Position numbers and translations under genes: made by a program. A DNA stretch of 64,000 bases from positions 1,837,601 to 1,901,600 of the forward strand of contig MU059614.1 of NCBI GenBank assembly GCA_013265495.1, given 5' to 3'. This document shows, piece after piece, positions 47,850-61,854 of the stretch; the first letter of the stretch is position 1, and the number at the start of each line of letters is the position of its first letter. The notes below the pieces were generated by a model. The model was not told where the DNA came from. It did no database searches and saw nothing but the letters and a program-made list of their open reading frames with translations. The stretch is from Vicugna vicugna (Eukaryota).

Positions 47850-48525
47850 TGGGGAGAGACCACCTCACAGCTGTAAGGACGAGCACAGTGAGGAAGGTGG
47901 ACACAGGCACGTTGGGAGGACGTGGACAAGTCGGAAACTTGACACACGCTGGTCAGAATGTGAGATGGGGCAGTCACCGTGCAAAACAGTGTGAAGGGTC
48001 CTCAACAGGTCGGATGCAGCAACTCCACTCCCAGATGCACACCCAAGAAAACGGCGACACAGACGTCCACACAGACAGCCATCCGTGGCTGTCCACAGCC
48101 GCTCTGCTCACAACAGCCAACACGGACCCGGCCCGGGCGGCCCTAGCAGATGGACGGGCAACACCGTGCTGTCCTTCCAAATGACATCAGGTCTTCAGCT
48201 TTGAGAAGGAACGAAAGTCTGACACACGCCACACTACCAGGGTGAACCCTGAAGCCCTGATGCTGACCGGGAGAAGCAGACACAAAGGCCACAGATAGTC
48301 AGATTCCATTTACAGAGCAGAAAGTTGCCTGGGGCTGGGGGCGCTGGAGGGAAATGGGGAATGACTGCCACAGGAATGGGGTTTCTCTCTGGGGAGCTGA
48401 AAATGTTCTAAAGTGACTGTGTTAATGGCTGCACAACTCTGTCAATATACTAAGAACCACTGAATTATTCACATTAAAGCGTGAATTCTATGGTATGAGT
48501 TACATCTCAATAAAACTGTTACCAA
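47850..48525 (+). mobile_element. L1MB-type 3' end
   Basis: gcaactccactcc, gattccattta, gaaaatgttctaaa, gctgcacaactctgtcaatatactaagaaccactgaatt...tctcaataaaactgtt. Confidence 0.85.
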
Positions 48526-51500
48526 AAGAATTTTTTTTTGAAATTATACAACCAGGAAGTTTCTGGGCCTCACAGGTCTCATCCCTGGTTTTCTGGGCAC
48601 AAAGGCCTCTTCTTGGATAACTGCGTGTGTGAGAACTTACAAGGACTCACGCAGGCTGTGCCAAAGAGAAAGTCAAAGGACTTCATGTTTGCCACAGGGA
48701 GACTTTATATTAACAACCAAACCTGCCACCCTGATCTTAACTCTCCCATCCAACCTCACTGCTGTTCCCGGAGGCTTCAGCACATCACGCCTGGAGCAGG
48801 GCCCTGGACTGAGGTCCTCTCTGCAGGAGAGTAACCAGGGTCTCAGCCAGGACACGGCGGCTGGGAGGTGGGAGGGGTGGGACTCACACAGACACACATA
48901 GGTCCTCACACACTCCCCACCAGCTAAACCCACGTGGATGGGATGGCATCCCCTCCCACTTTCCCCACACCGACCACGTGACCCTGAGGCTGCTCCAGGC
49001 CCAAGTCACACCCTACCTGGGAGCCCCATCTGGCACCTGTGAGGGCTGCAGCATTTCCCTCCTCAGGTGTTCATGTGTCTGCCCCCAGCAAAGCCTCGGG
49101 CTCTCTGAGAGCGAAGGCAGGCCCCCAATTCCAAGCTCAACAGCAGACATAGGGCATCTCAGAGGTCGCTGCAGGGACAACGGGTGAGCACACAGCAAGG
49201 ACCTCCTTACCACAGCCATGCAGGCAGGTGGCTCGGCGGGTGTGTGTACCACGGAGAACTGGCCAGAGCAGCCTCCAAACACAAGGCACCAAACAGAGCA
49301 TCACCTTCCAGAAGATGCCCTTGGAGCGGAGGCCCAGGCCTGGTGCTAGGTGTAACTGTCACAGACGTCAACTGGCACTGACTTCGCTCCCTCCACCTGA
49401 CACTCACTCTAGCACCAGCGGGGATAGGTCCTGGCCACGCGCCCCAGGGAGAAGGCTGCACCGGGTCCCAGCACTTTCCAAACGCACTCCTCACGAAGCC
49501 AGGCAATGGAGGCGTGAGGAGGCCCCGTCTGAGGGGCTGGGAGGGCCGAGCAGGAGAGAGAGCTGCAGGGCAAGGCCTAGGGCCCTGGTCTCACTTGAAG
49601 ACGCTGCCCACAGAGGGCCAGCTGCCCACGAGCCTCTGGGACAAGCTGCGCCCCCAGGAGCATCCAGGGGTGGGTCTCCCTTCCCGCCTTCCGACAACCC
49701 CCGGCCTGCATGTCAGGACCACCTCCCCCCAGCACGACACACACGTTCCACCCACCTCTGCTCTGAAGTGAATTAACTCCTGGGGTTAGTTCTAGTCCCA
49801 GGACCTCTGTACACGGGGTGAGCCGAGAGGCCCAGGAACCTACTGCGTGACCCGGACTGTCTCTGAAACGCCAGCCCTCAGCCAGGGTTGCCGCCAGGGG
49901 TCCCAGGATGAGACCCCTCACTCAAGTGTGAATGTATACCACATGCTAGCCCCACAGCTACTAGGGTCATAAAACGTTCTTCCCCTTTACAGAAGTATCA
50001 AATGATATTTGTTTCCAAAAACACCCCGCCTCACGTCCTGTGAGACGTCCTATTGCTAAAGAGGACAAAGAAGCTTTGCTCCCAGATTTGATTATTCCAG
50101 CGTGAAACACAACAAGGGCATCAGATGCTGGGGGAACTGTGCACACAGGGCCACTGTCTGAGGCAGGGTGTCAGGAAACTCATTTTGTTTTCCTGCAGAC
50201 AACTAGGCTTCCACCTTTTTCGATAGTCTTTTCACTCCCGTGCTTCCAGAGGCAGCAGGTAAGAGGAGGGCACCGCGGGGGACCTTCTCAGGAAGGGACC
50301 AGCACCAGCGCTTGCAGCCTTGGGAAATCACCTGCGAGGTGGAGCCGCGGCCACGGGGGACAGGGCTCCAACAGCCAGAGCCCTGCTCTTCAGCAAAGAC
50401 AGACCTGTTAGGTTGGGGCATGAACCTCAACTCTCCCCACGTGACAAGAGAAGGCCAGACAGAGGAATCAAAGCACAAGGTGAGCCGGTGAAGCTCCCTG
50501 GGCCTCCAGTTAGGCCACTTACTAAACACAGAGGCCAGGACTTCGGGAACAGCAGAGCTACTGGATACCGCAGGCGCCTGGCTTCCCCGAGTCCGAGGAA
50601 CGTATGGCCTGAGCGTCCCGGCAGCCGCGTGGCCGGCTGGACAGGGCAGGGTCACAGTGACAGGATCTTGTGAATGGGGAGCTGCTTGGACCACAGAAGG
50701 AGCGAGTGAGGCCTCCTCAGCTCTACGCTTGGCCAATTCTTTTACTCTCGACTTCCACGAAAGCGCATCTGACCCCAGCCACGAAGTGGAAGTGACTTGG
50801 TCCACAGCTGCCTAGAGTACCAGGCCTTCTGACTCTCAGTCCATATTCACTCCACTCCACCGCCCTACCTCAGGGAGATAAGAACTCCAGGCTGGAGGGG
50901 CAGATGGAACACCTGTGGGTAGAAGAGGTGCGTGACGGCCTCACGGAAAGAACAGGGTACTACTGCAGGCTGGCTGCACTGGGGGTTGAGCACGTGTGGG
51001 TCTTCCAACCTGCAGGTGTCCTGCCAGGCACGTGTCATGGACACGTGCTGCTTAAAGTATGAACTTTAGGGGCAGACATAGTGCAGACACAGTGGTTCCA
51101 AAAGGGAAATAAACGAGGGTGAGCCATGGGAGGGCCCTAGGTTGACTGGTCAGCGCAGGAAGGAGAATGGAGTCCAACTCTTCTTCCAGTGGTGAGCCCA
51201 GAGCAGGGCCACGGGACAGCATCTCCATGCTGCCCAGCAGGTCCAAGCCTTAGTGAAGCCTCTCATGGAGGCCCGAAGCCAGAGCTCTATGGGGCAGGTG
51301 TCTGTTAGCTGGGCTGGGAATGCAGAGGACTGCGCAGGAGATGCAGCACCAGCAGGCGCCACCCCAGCCACGGAGGTGCGCACGCCTAGCACTCTGGGTG
51401 CTCAGCCCCATCTCTTCGACACCTCAGGACCCTGAGGAGGACACTGTCCCCACTGCAGAAAAGAATTCCAAAAGTGAGGAAAATACACACACGATTGGAT

Positions 51501-51739
51501 CACTGTTGTCAATGCTACTGTCAAAATAATTCTGAAGTTTCTCTTCTCTTGGAAAATACCTATTTTTAAAAATCTGGATGTATTATTACAAAGCGTTCAA
51601 CTCTGTTCTTAACCTGAACCTGACAAGGAGGGGCTCCTTCAGGGAAGCTCAACTCAGCAGGAGGTCTCCCTCCCCTCCCCCCAGGGCCTGAGATGAGCTC
51701 CCCAGTGGAGCAGGAAGGTAGCAGGGAAGACAGGAAACA

Positions 51740-51905
51740 CAGCTCCACTGAGTTCTTGTGTGAAGTCATCCCAAAAGGTGCTACTACTCTCACCATTCCA
51801 CAGATAAGAAAACTCAGATTTAGCAAAGTTGCAGAAAGTGGTCACAGTTGGACGGTAGAGCTGGAATTCAAACCCACACACACCAATCCACGTACTTTTT
51901 CACAA
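51740..51905 (-). mobile_element. MIR SINE fragment
   Basis: ccattccacagataagaaaactcaga...gagctggaattcaaaccca. Confidence 0.7.
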
Positions 51906-52237
51906 ACTGCTTGAGGACAGACCGATTCATTTAGTTTTACTTTGGCTGGTTCCACAGGGGCAAAGCCCAGGCTGGAACAACCTGTGAGCCGGGCCTGCTG
52001 GGCTGGCACACTGTGCTCTCCAGGGCCGGACACACCGAGGCATTCCAAGGGATGGTGACGTGCTCCTGCAACCTGGATTTCAAGGTAGAGACACTCTGGA
52101 CTGGAGTGTCTGGGCTGGAGGGCAGCAGGTGTCCAGGTTAACTTATTGTCAGCCCACACCTGGGTCCATCTGGGCAGCTCTGGGGCCAGAGCGACTACAG
52201 TGCAGAGGTGGGGCCCGGCTGGAGTCACAAAGGGCCA

Positions 52238-52587
52238 CGTCATGGACCAGAATGTTTGCGTCCCCCTTGGAAGTCCTGCTTTGAAACCCCACTGAAGTGG
52301 GGTGACAGGAGGAGGTGGGGGTGTGGGAGGTGACCATGACTCAGCGAGGCCACGAGGGTGGGGGACTTGTGAGCGGGATTAGTGGTCTTCTAGGGGTCAC
52401 AGGGAACCTGAGTCCTCGCTGCTCTCTACGGTGAGGACACACGGAGGAATCAGCCTGCACCAGAGCCTGACCCCTCAGCCACCCTGGCCTGGGACCTCTG
52501 GCCTCCAGAACACTGAGAAATACACTGCACTGTTTGTGGCCACTCAGCCTCTGGTACCTGTGAGAGCAGTCTGGATGGAGCCGGTCA
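52238..52587 (+). mobile_element. MLT1A-like MaLR solo LTR
   Basis: atggaccagaatgtttgcgtcccc...gggattagtg...gtgaggacac...gcctccagaacactgagaaata. Confidence 0.8.
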
Positions 52588-53429
52588 GCCTCCAAGAGTC
52601 GGTCCGGCCCAGCACCCCAAGAGGGATGCCCAGAAGGGGACACGTTCACTCCACCTTCTGCCACTGCGCACGCGGCAGGCAGGCAGCAGAGACGTGATGC
52701 CTGGAAGGACTTCTCCTGTGGGAACAGCTCTGAGCAAGTAACCCAAAAAGGGCCTCTCATCATTTAAACCCCAAAAAGTTCACATCAGAAAATTTTTCTG
52801 AATAGTCAGTTTATCTTTTCATCTTTGTGCTTTCCTGTTTTTACAAAATGTGTGCAACGAGTAGGCTACTTTTTATACTTGTAGTAGCGAACAGTTTCAG
52901 AGCATTTGCTCTCTTGTATGTGGCCACTCCCCTTGGTTTCAAGATCCAATCCAGTCCTTACATCTACATTTTTAGTACACATTTGCTTCACTTTAAGAAA
53001 TCAGAATAGGAAAATTCAAAGTTACAAGAAAAGGAAATGCAGGGAGAACTTTGGATGCTTAGACAGGACTCGCTGCTCTCAGGACTCCCCTGCAGCAACC
53101 AGTGAAGGAGCCATAAGGGGCAGGGGCTCGGAAAGAGGGGACTCAGAGGAAGAGGGGGAAAGGGGGGGGCGTGGGGGAAGAGGAGGGAAGTGGGGGAAGA
53201 GGGCAGGGGCTGAGAAGCAAATGGCTTTCAGCTGGCTCCAAGTTTGCAAGGCTTGTGCCTTTGACACGGCGGCTATTTTTGGGTTTCCGAGTAGGGGGAA
53301 GGAATTCTTCTCACCGCCTCCTTGCCTGGCAGCCCCTTTGCCCTAGCTCCCCCCTCCCCTCCTGGCTCCACAGCCCCTAGGATGAAGGAAGCCCACCCTT
53401 GAGTCTTTCCTCCCCCTGCCCCCACTTAC

Positions 53430-53486
53430 CACCCCCATGCTCTTAAGCCCATTGGGAGGCCTCACCCATTTGCTTGTCTTTTTATA
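53430..53486 (-). promoter_or_regulatory. Candidate internal TATA promoter plus mini first exon (ATG GGG GTG | GTAAGT)
   Basis: TATAAAAAG at 53486-53478; ATG at 53438 with A at -3 and G at +4; GTAAGT donor at 53429; GC box at about 53551-53559. Confidence 0.55.
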
Positions 53487-55489
53487 CAGAGCTGGGAAAA
53501 TGTGGAAATAAATGAAGTCTCAATTAGGCCAGCATCCAAGGTTTGGGGGTGGGGCGGGGGAGGGGTCTGAGGCTTCATCCCAGTCCAGGAATGCCTGAGA
53601 AAGCTCCAGGAGCCTCAGGCAGCCTCCAAGGGTGGAGGCTTCCCACAGACTCCTTTCTGGTCTGCACTGAGCAGGCAGCCAGGGGCTTAGGGGCCTGGGA
53701 GCCCAGTTCATTCCCACACCAAGACTCACTGCAGGCAGCCCACTGCAGGAGGGCTGCCTCCCTTCCACCCCACGCACAGGAGAGGGGGGCTCTTCGCCCT
53801 GGTCCCCCTCTCTCCTCCTCCCTGGTGCCCTTCCCAGAGCAGGGGCAGGACCCTCAGACCCAGGCGCAGTGGCAGCCCTCCAGACCCAACAAAGGCAGTG
53901 TTCCCTCTAACTGTGGAAACTCAGCACTTCTTATTTATTCCGTTCTGAGTCCGGAAAGAGTGTCGAGAGGCAGGTTTTATTTCTTCCCCGAGTGGAGGGT
54001 GAGGGAGAGGCAGACTCTGTCGGGAGGAGACTGGGCGGGAAGAAGCTCACAGATATTTTTAGAGACATGGGAATTTGACAAGCAGGGACCTTCTGGGGCC
54101 AGAAACATGTTCTGTTTCAATCCCAATTCTGAAAGGCCGGTGGGTGGCAGAGAGTCAGGGGCTGGAGCAGAGCGTGGCGGGAGCAGCATGAGACTCCAGG
54201 GAAAAGAAGAAACTGAGCTGAGAGCTGGGACCTCTGAGGCCACTTCTCACTGCTGCCGTCTCGGCCATCTCTGCGTTCATGGAAGCTGGCAAATGTCACG
54301 ACTGCACAGCAGCTCCCAGGGGCCCGGAGTGATGGCGCCGACCCCCAGCAGGGCCACCTCAGCTCTCAGCAGTGTGGGAGGTGGTGAGGGTACAGAGGTG
54401 AGACGCCAGTTGCCCCTCCCTCTGCCGCTGGTTCTGGCTTGACTGGGGAAGAATGAGGTGGGCTCTTCAGTTCTCTCTGGGCTTCCAATGACTCAGGCCA
54501 TCTCAGTTCTCTGAGACCACAAGTACGACCCTGAAAATCACTCCTTTAGCCCCATCTCCCACCACCGTCTCTGGGCTTTGACCAGTCCCATCCCTCCACC
54601 TTGGATTACTCCTAATTTGCTCTCTCCCCGGGAGTCCCAGGGTTGCCAGGCTGGCCCCTGTGGCAAGCAGGGTGTGTGCAGCTCTCTGCACTGCACCCCG
54701 GCCGGCTGACCCTACTCTTCCTAACTAGAGACTAGGAAGTCCTGGAGGGCAGGACCCTTGCTCACCTTTTCTTCCAGCCCGCCCAGGACACGCAGCAAGC
54801 GAGCAATGAGTGAGTGAATGAAATCAACCTCTCCTGCCTTCCAAAGGTTCCAAAGAGAGTCATCAGGAAAACACATGGTATGGGGAGAAGGGAACCACGA
54901 TGGTGCGCGTGGCACTGGGATAAGGCCAGGCCTGGGCCCCAAGTCTCCTGGATGGTCTTTCTCAAGGCAGCCAGAGAGTCGGTTACAGAACCTGCCCGGT
55001 CTGTGACAACAAGGGTCTTATTGTTGGTGCAAGCAGGTGACCGGGCCCCTTATTCACCAGAGGGAGATTAGACAGACTGCTTCCCTCTACTCTTCTGGAA
55101 AAGCAGTCATCATTAACCCCTGGGTTTCCAACCAGAGAATTTGGGATTTCAACTATCTATGAAAGTCTCTCTTCCTCATAAAAGGTGCAGAAGCAAATTA
55201 CAGATGGAGGAGAACACCTCCCCCTCAGCAGGCAGGCATACGTCCACTCCAGACATGCCACACACACCCCGCCAGGCGCACACAAAGAGCTACACAGACC
55301 CAGGGCAACAACGTGGCCCACACAGGACAAAGCAAGGAGAGAACAGCAGCCTAGAAATAGCGGAGTGGGGAAGGCAGGAGGGATGTGCCCACAGTGAAAC
55401 CTGCACACACTCTGCAAATCGAGTCCTGAACTGCACGGGGGAGGGGGGACCTACAGTCACACATGGCCAAAATCACACAGCAGCATGTT

Positions 55490-57780
55490 CAAGTTGCTGA
55501 TAAAACCCTAATAAAAATGAGAATTTTTTTCAAAGGTATAAACTCCCAAAGACAGAAAAAAAAAAAACTGGAGAGGAGATGTAGGATTAAAACCAGCAGC
55601 AGATGTGGGATATTAAATAAATTTTGAAACATAGGAAGTGGCTGTGCATGCACGGAGACTGACCAACCAAAGCAGAGAGGGCTTCCAGAGGGAAACCAGG
55701 AGGAGCTGACGCTGTCCCGAACACCAGCAAGCTCAGGGCCTAGAGGCCCCAGGCACCTCTGACTAAGGAGGCAAGGCCCGGAACAGGAGGCCTGCTCAGC
55801 GACCTGCTCAGGGATCAGTCAGACCCTGGGGCCGGGCCCCCACCAGCAGCAACCAGCAGGTGTTCTCTGAAAAGGTCTGGATTCAGGGCAGGGGGCAGTG
55901 CAGGGCGTGGAAAACTCCATGGAAGTCTGCACCCTCGAAGTTGAGGTCTCCCCGGTGCCAAGTCCTGCTGCTGCCCCCCGAGACTGGAGCTGAGAGGACC
56001 GGACCTGGGGAGAACAGCCAGCCCCGGAGGAAGACCTCCTGAAGCGGGCGTTCTCCACAGGCTGAGATGAGCAGCCCTCCGTCTGGGGGCTCGCCAGGTG
56101 CCTGCCTGACTGTTCTTCTGAGGGGAGGCTGGCCAGTCACCCCCACATACACCCTGCACACACAGTCTTGTTCTTGCATACAGACGTACAGCCCAGAGTC
56201 ACCACTCGTCTGAGAAAGCCCAAGACCAAAACAGGCAGAAAGGAAACTGAGAGGAAAGCAGGTCAGGCCAGACATAGAACAGACTTTCAAAGTAACTGAA
56301 ATTATAAGAGAACATACTGCATCCAAGAAACATGAATAAGGTGTTATAAAAAAGGGATACAGAGGAAATAAAAATTGAGCCCTAAAAAACTAAAAATATG
56401 ATGGCTGACATAAGAACCAGAACAAAAACAAGAAAACAGAATAGCTGGAATCAGGAACAGAGGGGTTTAAGGCAAGGTTAACTAAATCTCAGGCATGACA
56501 CAGCAATGTAAAAAGACAACAAAATTTGAGAGTGTCTGAAAGAACCAATAGGAACTCTAAACATGCAGACCAGGGGAAATGGGGCAAAGGAAACTACCAG
56601 ATTTAAAACCACAACAACACTTTCTGGACCAGAAGGACAGAGCTTTCCTCACTGGGAGGCCACAGGCTTTGGGCTCAGTGAAAGAGAACAGGTCCACACC
56701 AGCCAACACATAACTTCGTGAAATTTTAGAATTCAAGGGACAATGAGAAGCTCCTAAAAAGTTTTCAGAAAGAAAATCCCATTTATTTACAAAGGATCAG
56801 GAACCGGATCCTTTGCACATGAACTTCTCCACAGCAAAGGAAGAAATTAAAGACAAAGAACAGCACCTTCAAAATTCCAAGTGCAAATGACTTCCAGCCT
56901 GACCTACAGCCAGTCCTGCCACCAAAGGAGAGTGTGAACAGGAAAGGCGCTTTTAGACATGCGAGGTCTCAAGACCTTTTTCTTGCCTTGAGCCTTTCTC
57001 CAGAGGCTTCACCAAATGGAGAATAAGCCAAATAAGAAGAGCTCAACCTAAGGAACTCAGAAGCAGGAGGAGGAGCTCCCCGACGGAGAGCTAAGTAGCA
57101 GGCCTGGAGAGGGGCCAGTCCAAGTGGAACAAGAGGACAGACGTCTCCACGAGGGACGTTACCGTGAAAAGAAAGAATCACTGACCTGGGGACCTGCCCA
57201 CACTCGGAGGAGCTTTACAGTTCTGTCAGGAAGTTGAGAGTTCAGGAAGGTTAGTTAAATATAAATCAAACAAATGAAGGGTGAGGGCAATTATTAACTG
57301 CAAGAGAAACAACGTGAGAGGAGACAGAATCACGGTGTGCCCCACAGCTTGAGTGGGTACATTTTTCACAGGGTCGTAATAATTCAAACCCGGCTGACGT
57401 CAGCCTCACGCTTACCGGTGCTGGCAGGACGGAGGGGGATGAGGGGGTGGGAGAGCACAGGCGCCTGCACACATACGAGGTGGGGGGACACACAAAATCA
57501 ACAGATAACACCTTCCCAAACCTCAGGAAACAGCTGTATAAACGCGCTATTTACAAACACAGAGGTGAGTACCAAAATCCTCCAGCTACAAGAACAGTAA
57601 ACGGCCTCCTGTGGAAACAGATGGCAGGGTCAGGAAGACCGGGAGGCTGGTGCGCTCTAGCGTACTACAAGTGTCGTGCTTACATTTTTAACTTTTTAAA
57701 CTACATACATGTATTATATATATGCCTTTCAAATGGTTTCATGTACATCAGGGCAGAGAGATCACAGGGGAAATACGAGC
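55490..57780 (+). mobile_element. Ancient L1 ORF1-region relic (HAL1/L1ME-like); boundaries uncertain
   Basis: A-rich, strand-biased block with motifs such as aaaaatatgatggctga, gagaagctcctaaaa, ttctccacagcaa and ttcaaaattc typical of HAL1/L1ME ORF1. Confidence 0.55.
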
Positions 57781-60700
57781 TACAAGAAAGAAGGATGAAG
57801 GACCCTTCAAAACACTGCCCACTGTCACCGACAAGCCTAGACAGACCTCCCACCGTCCCAGAGACTGACCCCCAGGGTCTTCAGAGGGAAGTTGAGAGCG
57901 GTCTGTGAAGGAACAGGCACACAGGCTGGCCAGCCCTTCAGAAGAAGCCAGCATGTGGCACAGGGAGGTGGCCTTCCTTCAGACCTGCCACCGCTGTCTC
58001 TGAGGTCCCACCAGTACAGTCATGCCCTGGTTTCAAGGAGCCCTCCCCCTAGAAAGAGCAGCCTCTCCCTTCCCTGCCGAAGACACAGTCTTCTGAAAAG
58101 TGCTGTGGGGGCGGGCGGGCAGGAGAGGCAAAGGCACCAACATACATGAACGCCCTCAGTGGACTGACGCATGGATGCTTAGTGCTGCCCACGTCCCTGC
58201 GAAGTCCAAAGTAAAGGCCAGGCCAGGCAGGGAGTGCTGGGCGTGTGACGGGGGTCCTGAGTGGGCCGAGCGAGGGTCCCGAGAAGATGGTGCCCTACAG
58301 ACTCAGCAGCCTGGTGTCGGGCGGCCTGGCCCCGCGGGGGAGCGTGTGCGAGCAGTGCGGGCACACTCGTGACACACTAGTCCCAGGCACTGGGCTTTGT
58401 TTCTTCAACCCCAAACGCCGTCTGTCGCTAACTCACATAAAATGACTCTTTTTTGACAGTTCTCTCCCTGCTGTCACTTAATTAGATTCCTAACCAATCA
58501 TTCCAAGCTGCTCACTTTCCTAACCCCCCCAGTCACTCCTCTCTCTGCAGGAGAGCCAGAGCCCTGGGCCATGATCCCAGACCTCAGCCTACAGGCCATT
58601 GTCACGGCTGCCCAGAGAAGTTGGCCCGCAGCTCTGGAGGCCTCCCGCGAGGGTGCCGGTCACAGCCCATCCCCAGCCACTCTCCTAGCACAGACTGAGG
58701 GCCACCGACTCAGCAGAACTGCCGCTCCCACCACCTCATCACTGAGAGCTGTGCACGTGCAGAGCAGGACGGCACCCAGGTGGATGACAGGATGAAAAAC
58801 CATCTTCGGGGGCGTCCATGAGTCTCCCCGCTCAGCAGCTGCAGGCACAGCAGGGATGCAGAGAAGAACATGGCTTCTCAGGGGCTCCCAGGCCCTCAAC
58901 ACAGGCGGGCAGCAGCTGACGACCACCTCGCTGCTGTGACTCAGCACGCACGTAACTGGGAAGGAAGAGAAGCACGCTGGGCAACCCAGGGTCCCCAGAT
59001 CCTCTCAGTCTGGTCTGAAAGTCAAAGAGGGATGGTCCTCAGGGGGAGGCCTTCTTAAAATGTTTCCCACTGAGACTCAAGTGCCAGAGTAAGGAGGACG
59101 CAGACCAGCTCCCACTGCATCAGCCAACACCTGCCGAGCCTCTCCCACACCTGGGCACATTACTTAAGGCCCCATCAATGCAGGCACATACCAGGCTCTG
59201 GCCCACTGCCCTGTAGAGGGATTCCCATGTGGAAATGCGTCCTGGGGGCGAAGGACAGAGGAAGGCAATCATGTCCAACTTGGACCCCTCAGAGGGGGCT
59301 GTGTCTACTCTTGTGACTGAGTCAGGATTACCTCAGTGCCACCCCCCACCCCCCCCAGCAGGTATGTGCTCCCTTCTACCTGACCCGCTCAGACCTGCGT
59401 GTCCTTCTCCAGCTCCTCTCCCCCACAAGGCCTGGGCCGCCAGGCGACAGTCTAACCCTGACAGCACAGAACACCTGCACCACCCCAGACTCAGGCTCCA
59501 CGTGGCAACAGCTAGCCCTTCCCTGGTCACCCCACCCCCAACTCCCCAAAGGCCACCACAGGCCGCAGATCAGGACCAGACCACCAAGAACCGGACTGCC
59601 TGCCCCACACCTACTGGTGCAGCCCCTCCTTCACTGGCCTCCCCACCCGTAAATGGACATCTGGGCCAGGTCACCTCCGGAAACCCCTCTGCCATGACCC
59701 CAGGGCCCGCTCGCTGCTTCTTCCCACACAGCCTGATGATCAGCTTCTGGTATCTTCCATCCCCCAGCTGCTGCATAGTGAGAAATGCCACCTGGGCCAG
59801 CATGCAGAGTTGTAAATGACAACAAAAAGCAACCAGAGGCAGACACTGCATTTTCCACTAGATACTAGGCCCGAATGTCTTAACAAGCCTGTATCCCCAA
59901 GCTCCTCCTCAGCTTAAGTCAGAAGGCAGGGCAGCGGGGTGAGGGGATGACTTGAGGTTCAGCCACCAGTCTCCAGGGAACATCAGTACTGAAGGTCCCA
60001 GAGACATGGGGTGCTTCATTCTAATGGCAAAGCCTCCTGCATCACAGCGAGAGATCGAGTTACACTTGTGAGCTTCACCACTGACCCCCGACCTCCAGAC
60101 AACAGGGCACTGCTGTCAGCTGGGAGGAGTTCCTGGTCCCACCTGGGTTCATCTCTTCCCTTCCTGATCACTCACTGTGACATTTCCAAGTAACGTGAAG
60201 TTGACCAAAGATGCCACGGCAAACCAGCCTGCAGGAAGCCCAGAGGTGGAGCACCGGGCCCTCTGTGCCCACCCTCACTGTCATCCACTCCCACCCCAAG
60301 GAACTACACACTGTGGAAGCCCTCGCGTCCAGCAAGCATACTTATAGAACGCATTTTACTATCACACACTTAAGAGTCACAAAGGAACTAACGGTTTACA
60401 GCATCCCTCCCGGCAAGGTGAGCCTGACTTGCAGCCGTCATGACGAGGTAAGACGGCAAGAGGGATTCATCTGAGGCCCCCAAGCCCAGGTGGGGGTGAA
60501 ACACGGTGACACTCTGGAATCACCTGCTGAACAGCCTGGCTGGTGCAGGATTCCTAAACGCTTCCAGCTGGGCCACCTGATGCCCAGCGGCCCTTCCTGC
60601 CTCCCAACTGCATTCCACTCTTCTTCACAAACATTAGCCCCTGCAAAGGCCTGAGTTTATCCGGAAAATGGATGTTCATGCATCAGCCATCACTGGCAAA

Positions 60701-61203
60701 GCACTTAACACTTCCACAAATGTTTTCTTTTTTTTTTTTTTGTAAATTCATTATTTTGAAAAGTAAGTAGTGGGTGGTTTGGGGACTCAGAGAAGTCTTC
60801 TGGGAGGAAAGAGGGGGCCTGGGTCCCCATCCTGCTTGTCGGGGGCTGGGAGCCATGCGCTCGGCTCGGCGCTGTGTGTGCCCTTAAGTCTGGCTGATGT
60901 CTGTCGTGCCCATTTCAGAGAAGAGGAAACTGGGGCCTAGAGGGATGGTGACACCATTCCACTTGTGAGTGACAAAACTGGGCTGTGTGGACCACCCCGA
61001 CCCTGAAGAGCTTGCACACAGTGGTCTGACGTCGGTATTTAACCTTCACATGTTCACGTGGATCCCAACAGGCTGTGAGCTCCACCGCCAGAGGGGCCCC
61101 CCTCTCAGCCACTTGTCCTTTTCTGAGTGTCGCTACAGACACAACGGCCACCGTGTTACCAACAAACAAGACACAAGCGGGGGGGGGGGGCAGAGCTCAA
61201 AGC

Positions 61204-61430
61204 AGGGGTTCTCAAGTGTTTGTGCTTCTTAAAATCACAGGGGGTGGTTATTTAAAGCATGGATACCTGAACCTGGCCCTCAGGCAGCCGTTCTGCCAGG
61301 GTGTGACAGGGAACAGAGGAGAGGGCTCGGCCTTGGAGGAACCAGAGCACCTCAGAGACAGCAGGGCCCAGCCGAGTCCCCCCCGGGCCCCGGGCTCCCC
61401 TGCAGCCCAAATTCACTGAGAATGCAGTGC
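61204..61430 (+). mobile_element. MER5-family hAT MITE fragment
   Basis: caggggttctcaa...aaaatcac...ttatttaaagcatgga...ctgagaatgcagtg. Confidence 0.55.
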
Positions 61431-61854
61431 GCAAAGATCTTGGGCTCAAAGCAACCTCCAGAACTGTCCTTCTGGAAGGAAACTGTAAAGGAGCCAGAAC
61501 CCTAACTGTTAACACTTGGCATCCTCTGAAGGGCTGTACACAAGAGCAGACACCAGGGTAACTTCTCGTCCTACGAGAATGACAAAGCCGCAGCTCCTCT
61601 CCAACATGGCGCTGCTCTAGAGCTGGGAGTGTCTCCCCATTACGTGCAGGGGTGTGAACCGCACTGGAGTCCCTCCGGGGCAGACTGGCCCCGGGAAAGG
61701 CACAGAGCTCTGGCCTGTCCCGACTTTCAAGGGCTCTCAGGGCAGAGGAGGGGAGAAGCCCTACATACCTGCTGTGGCTTCCATAAAGGAGAAACCCAGG
61801 GTCAGTCTGTTTCAAGGCAGACAGAGTTCAACAGCAGTAGATCCTCTAGAACTT

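Noticed and set aside
53543-54442. 299-aa plus-strand ORF; similarly 46705..47601, 29848..30735 and 19938..20789
   Set aside because: Low-complexity Pro/Gly/Ser/Arg composition with no recognisable domain, as expected by chance at about 60% GC.
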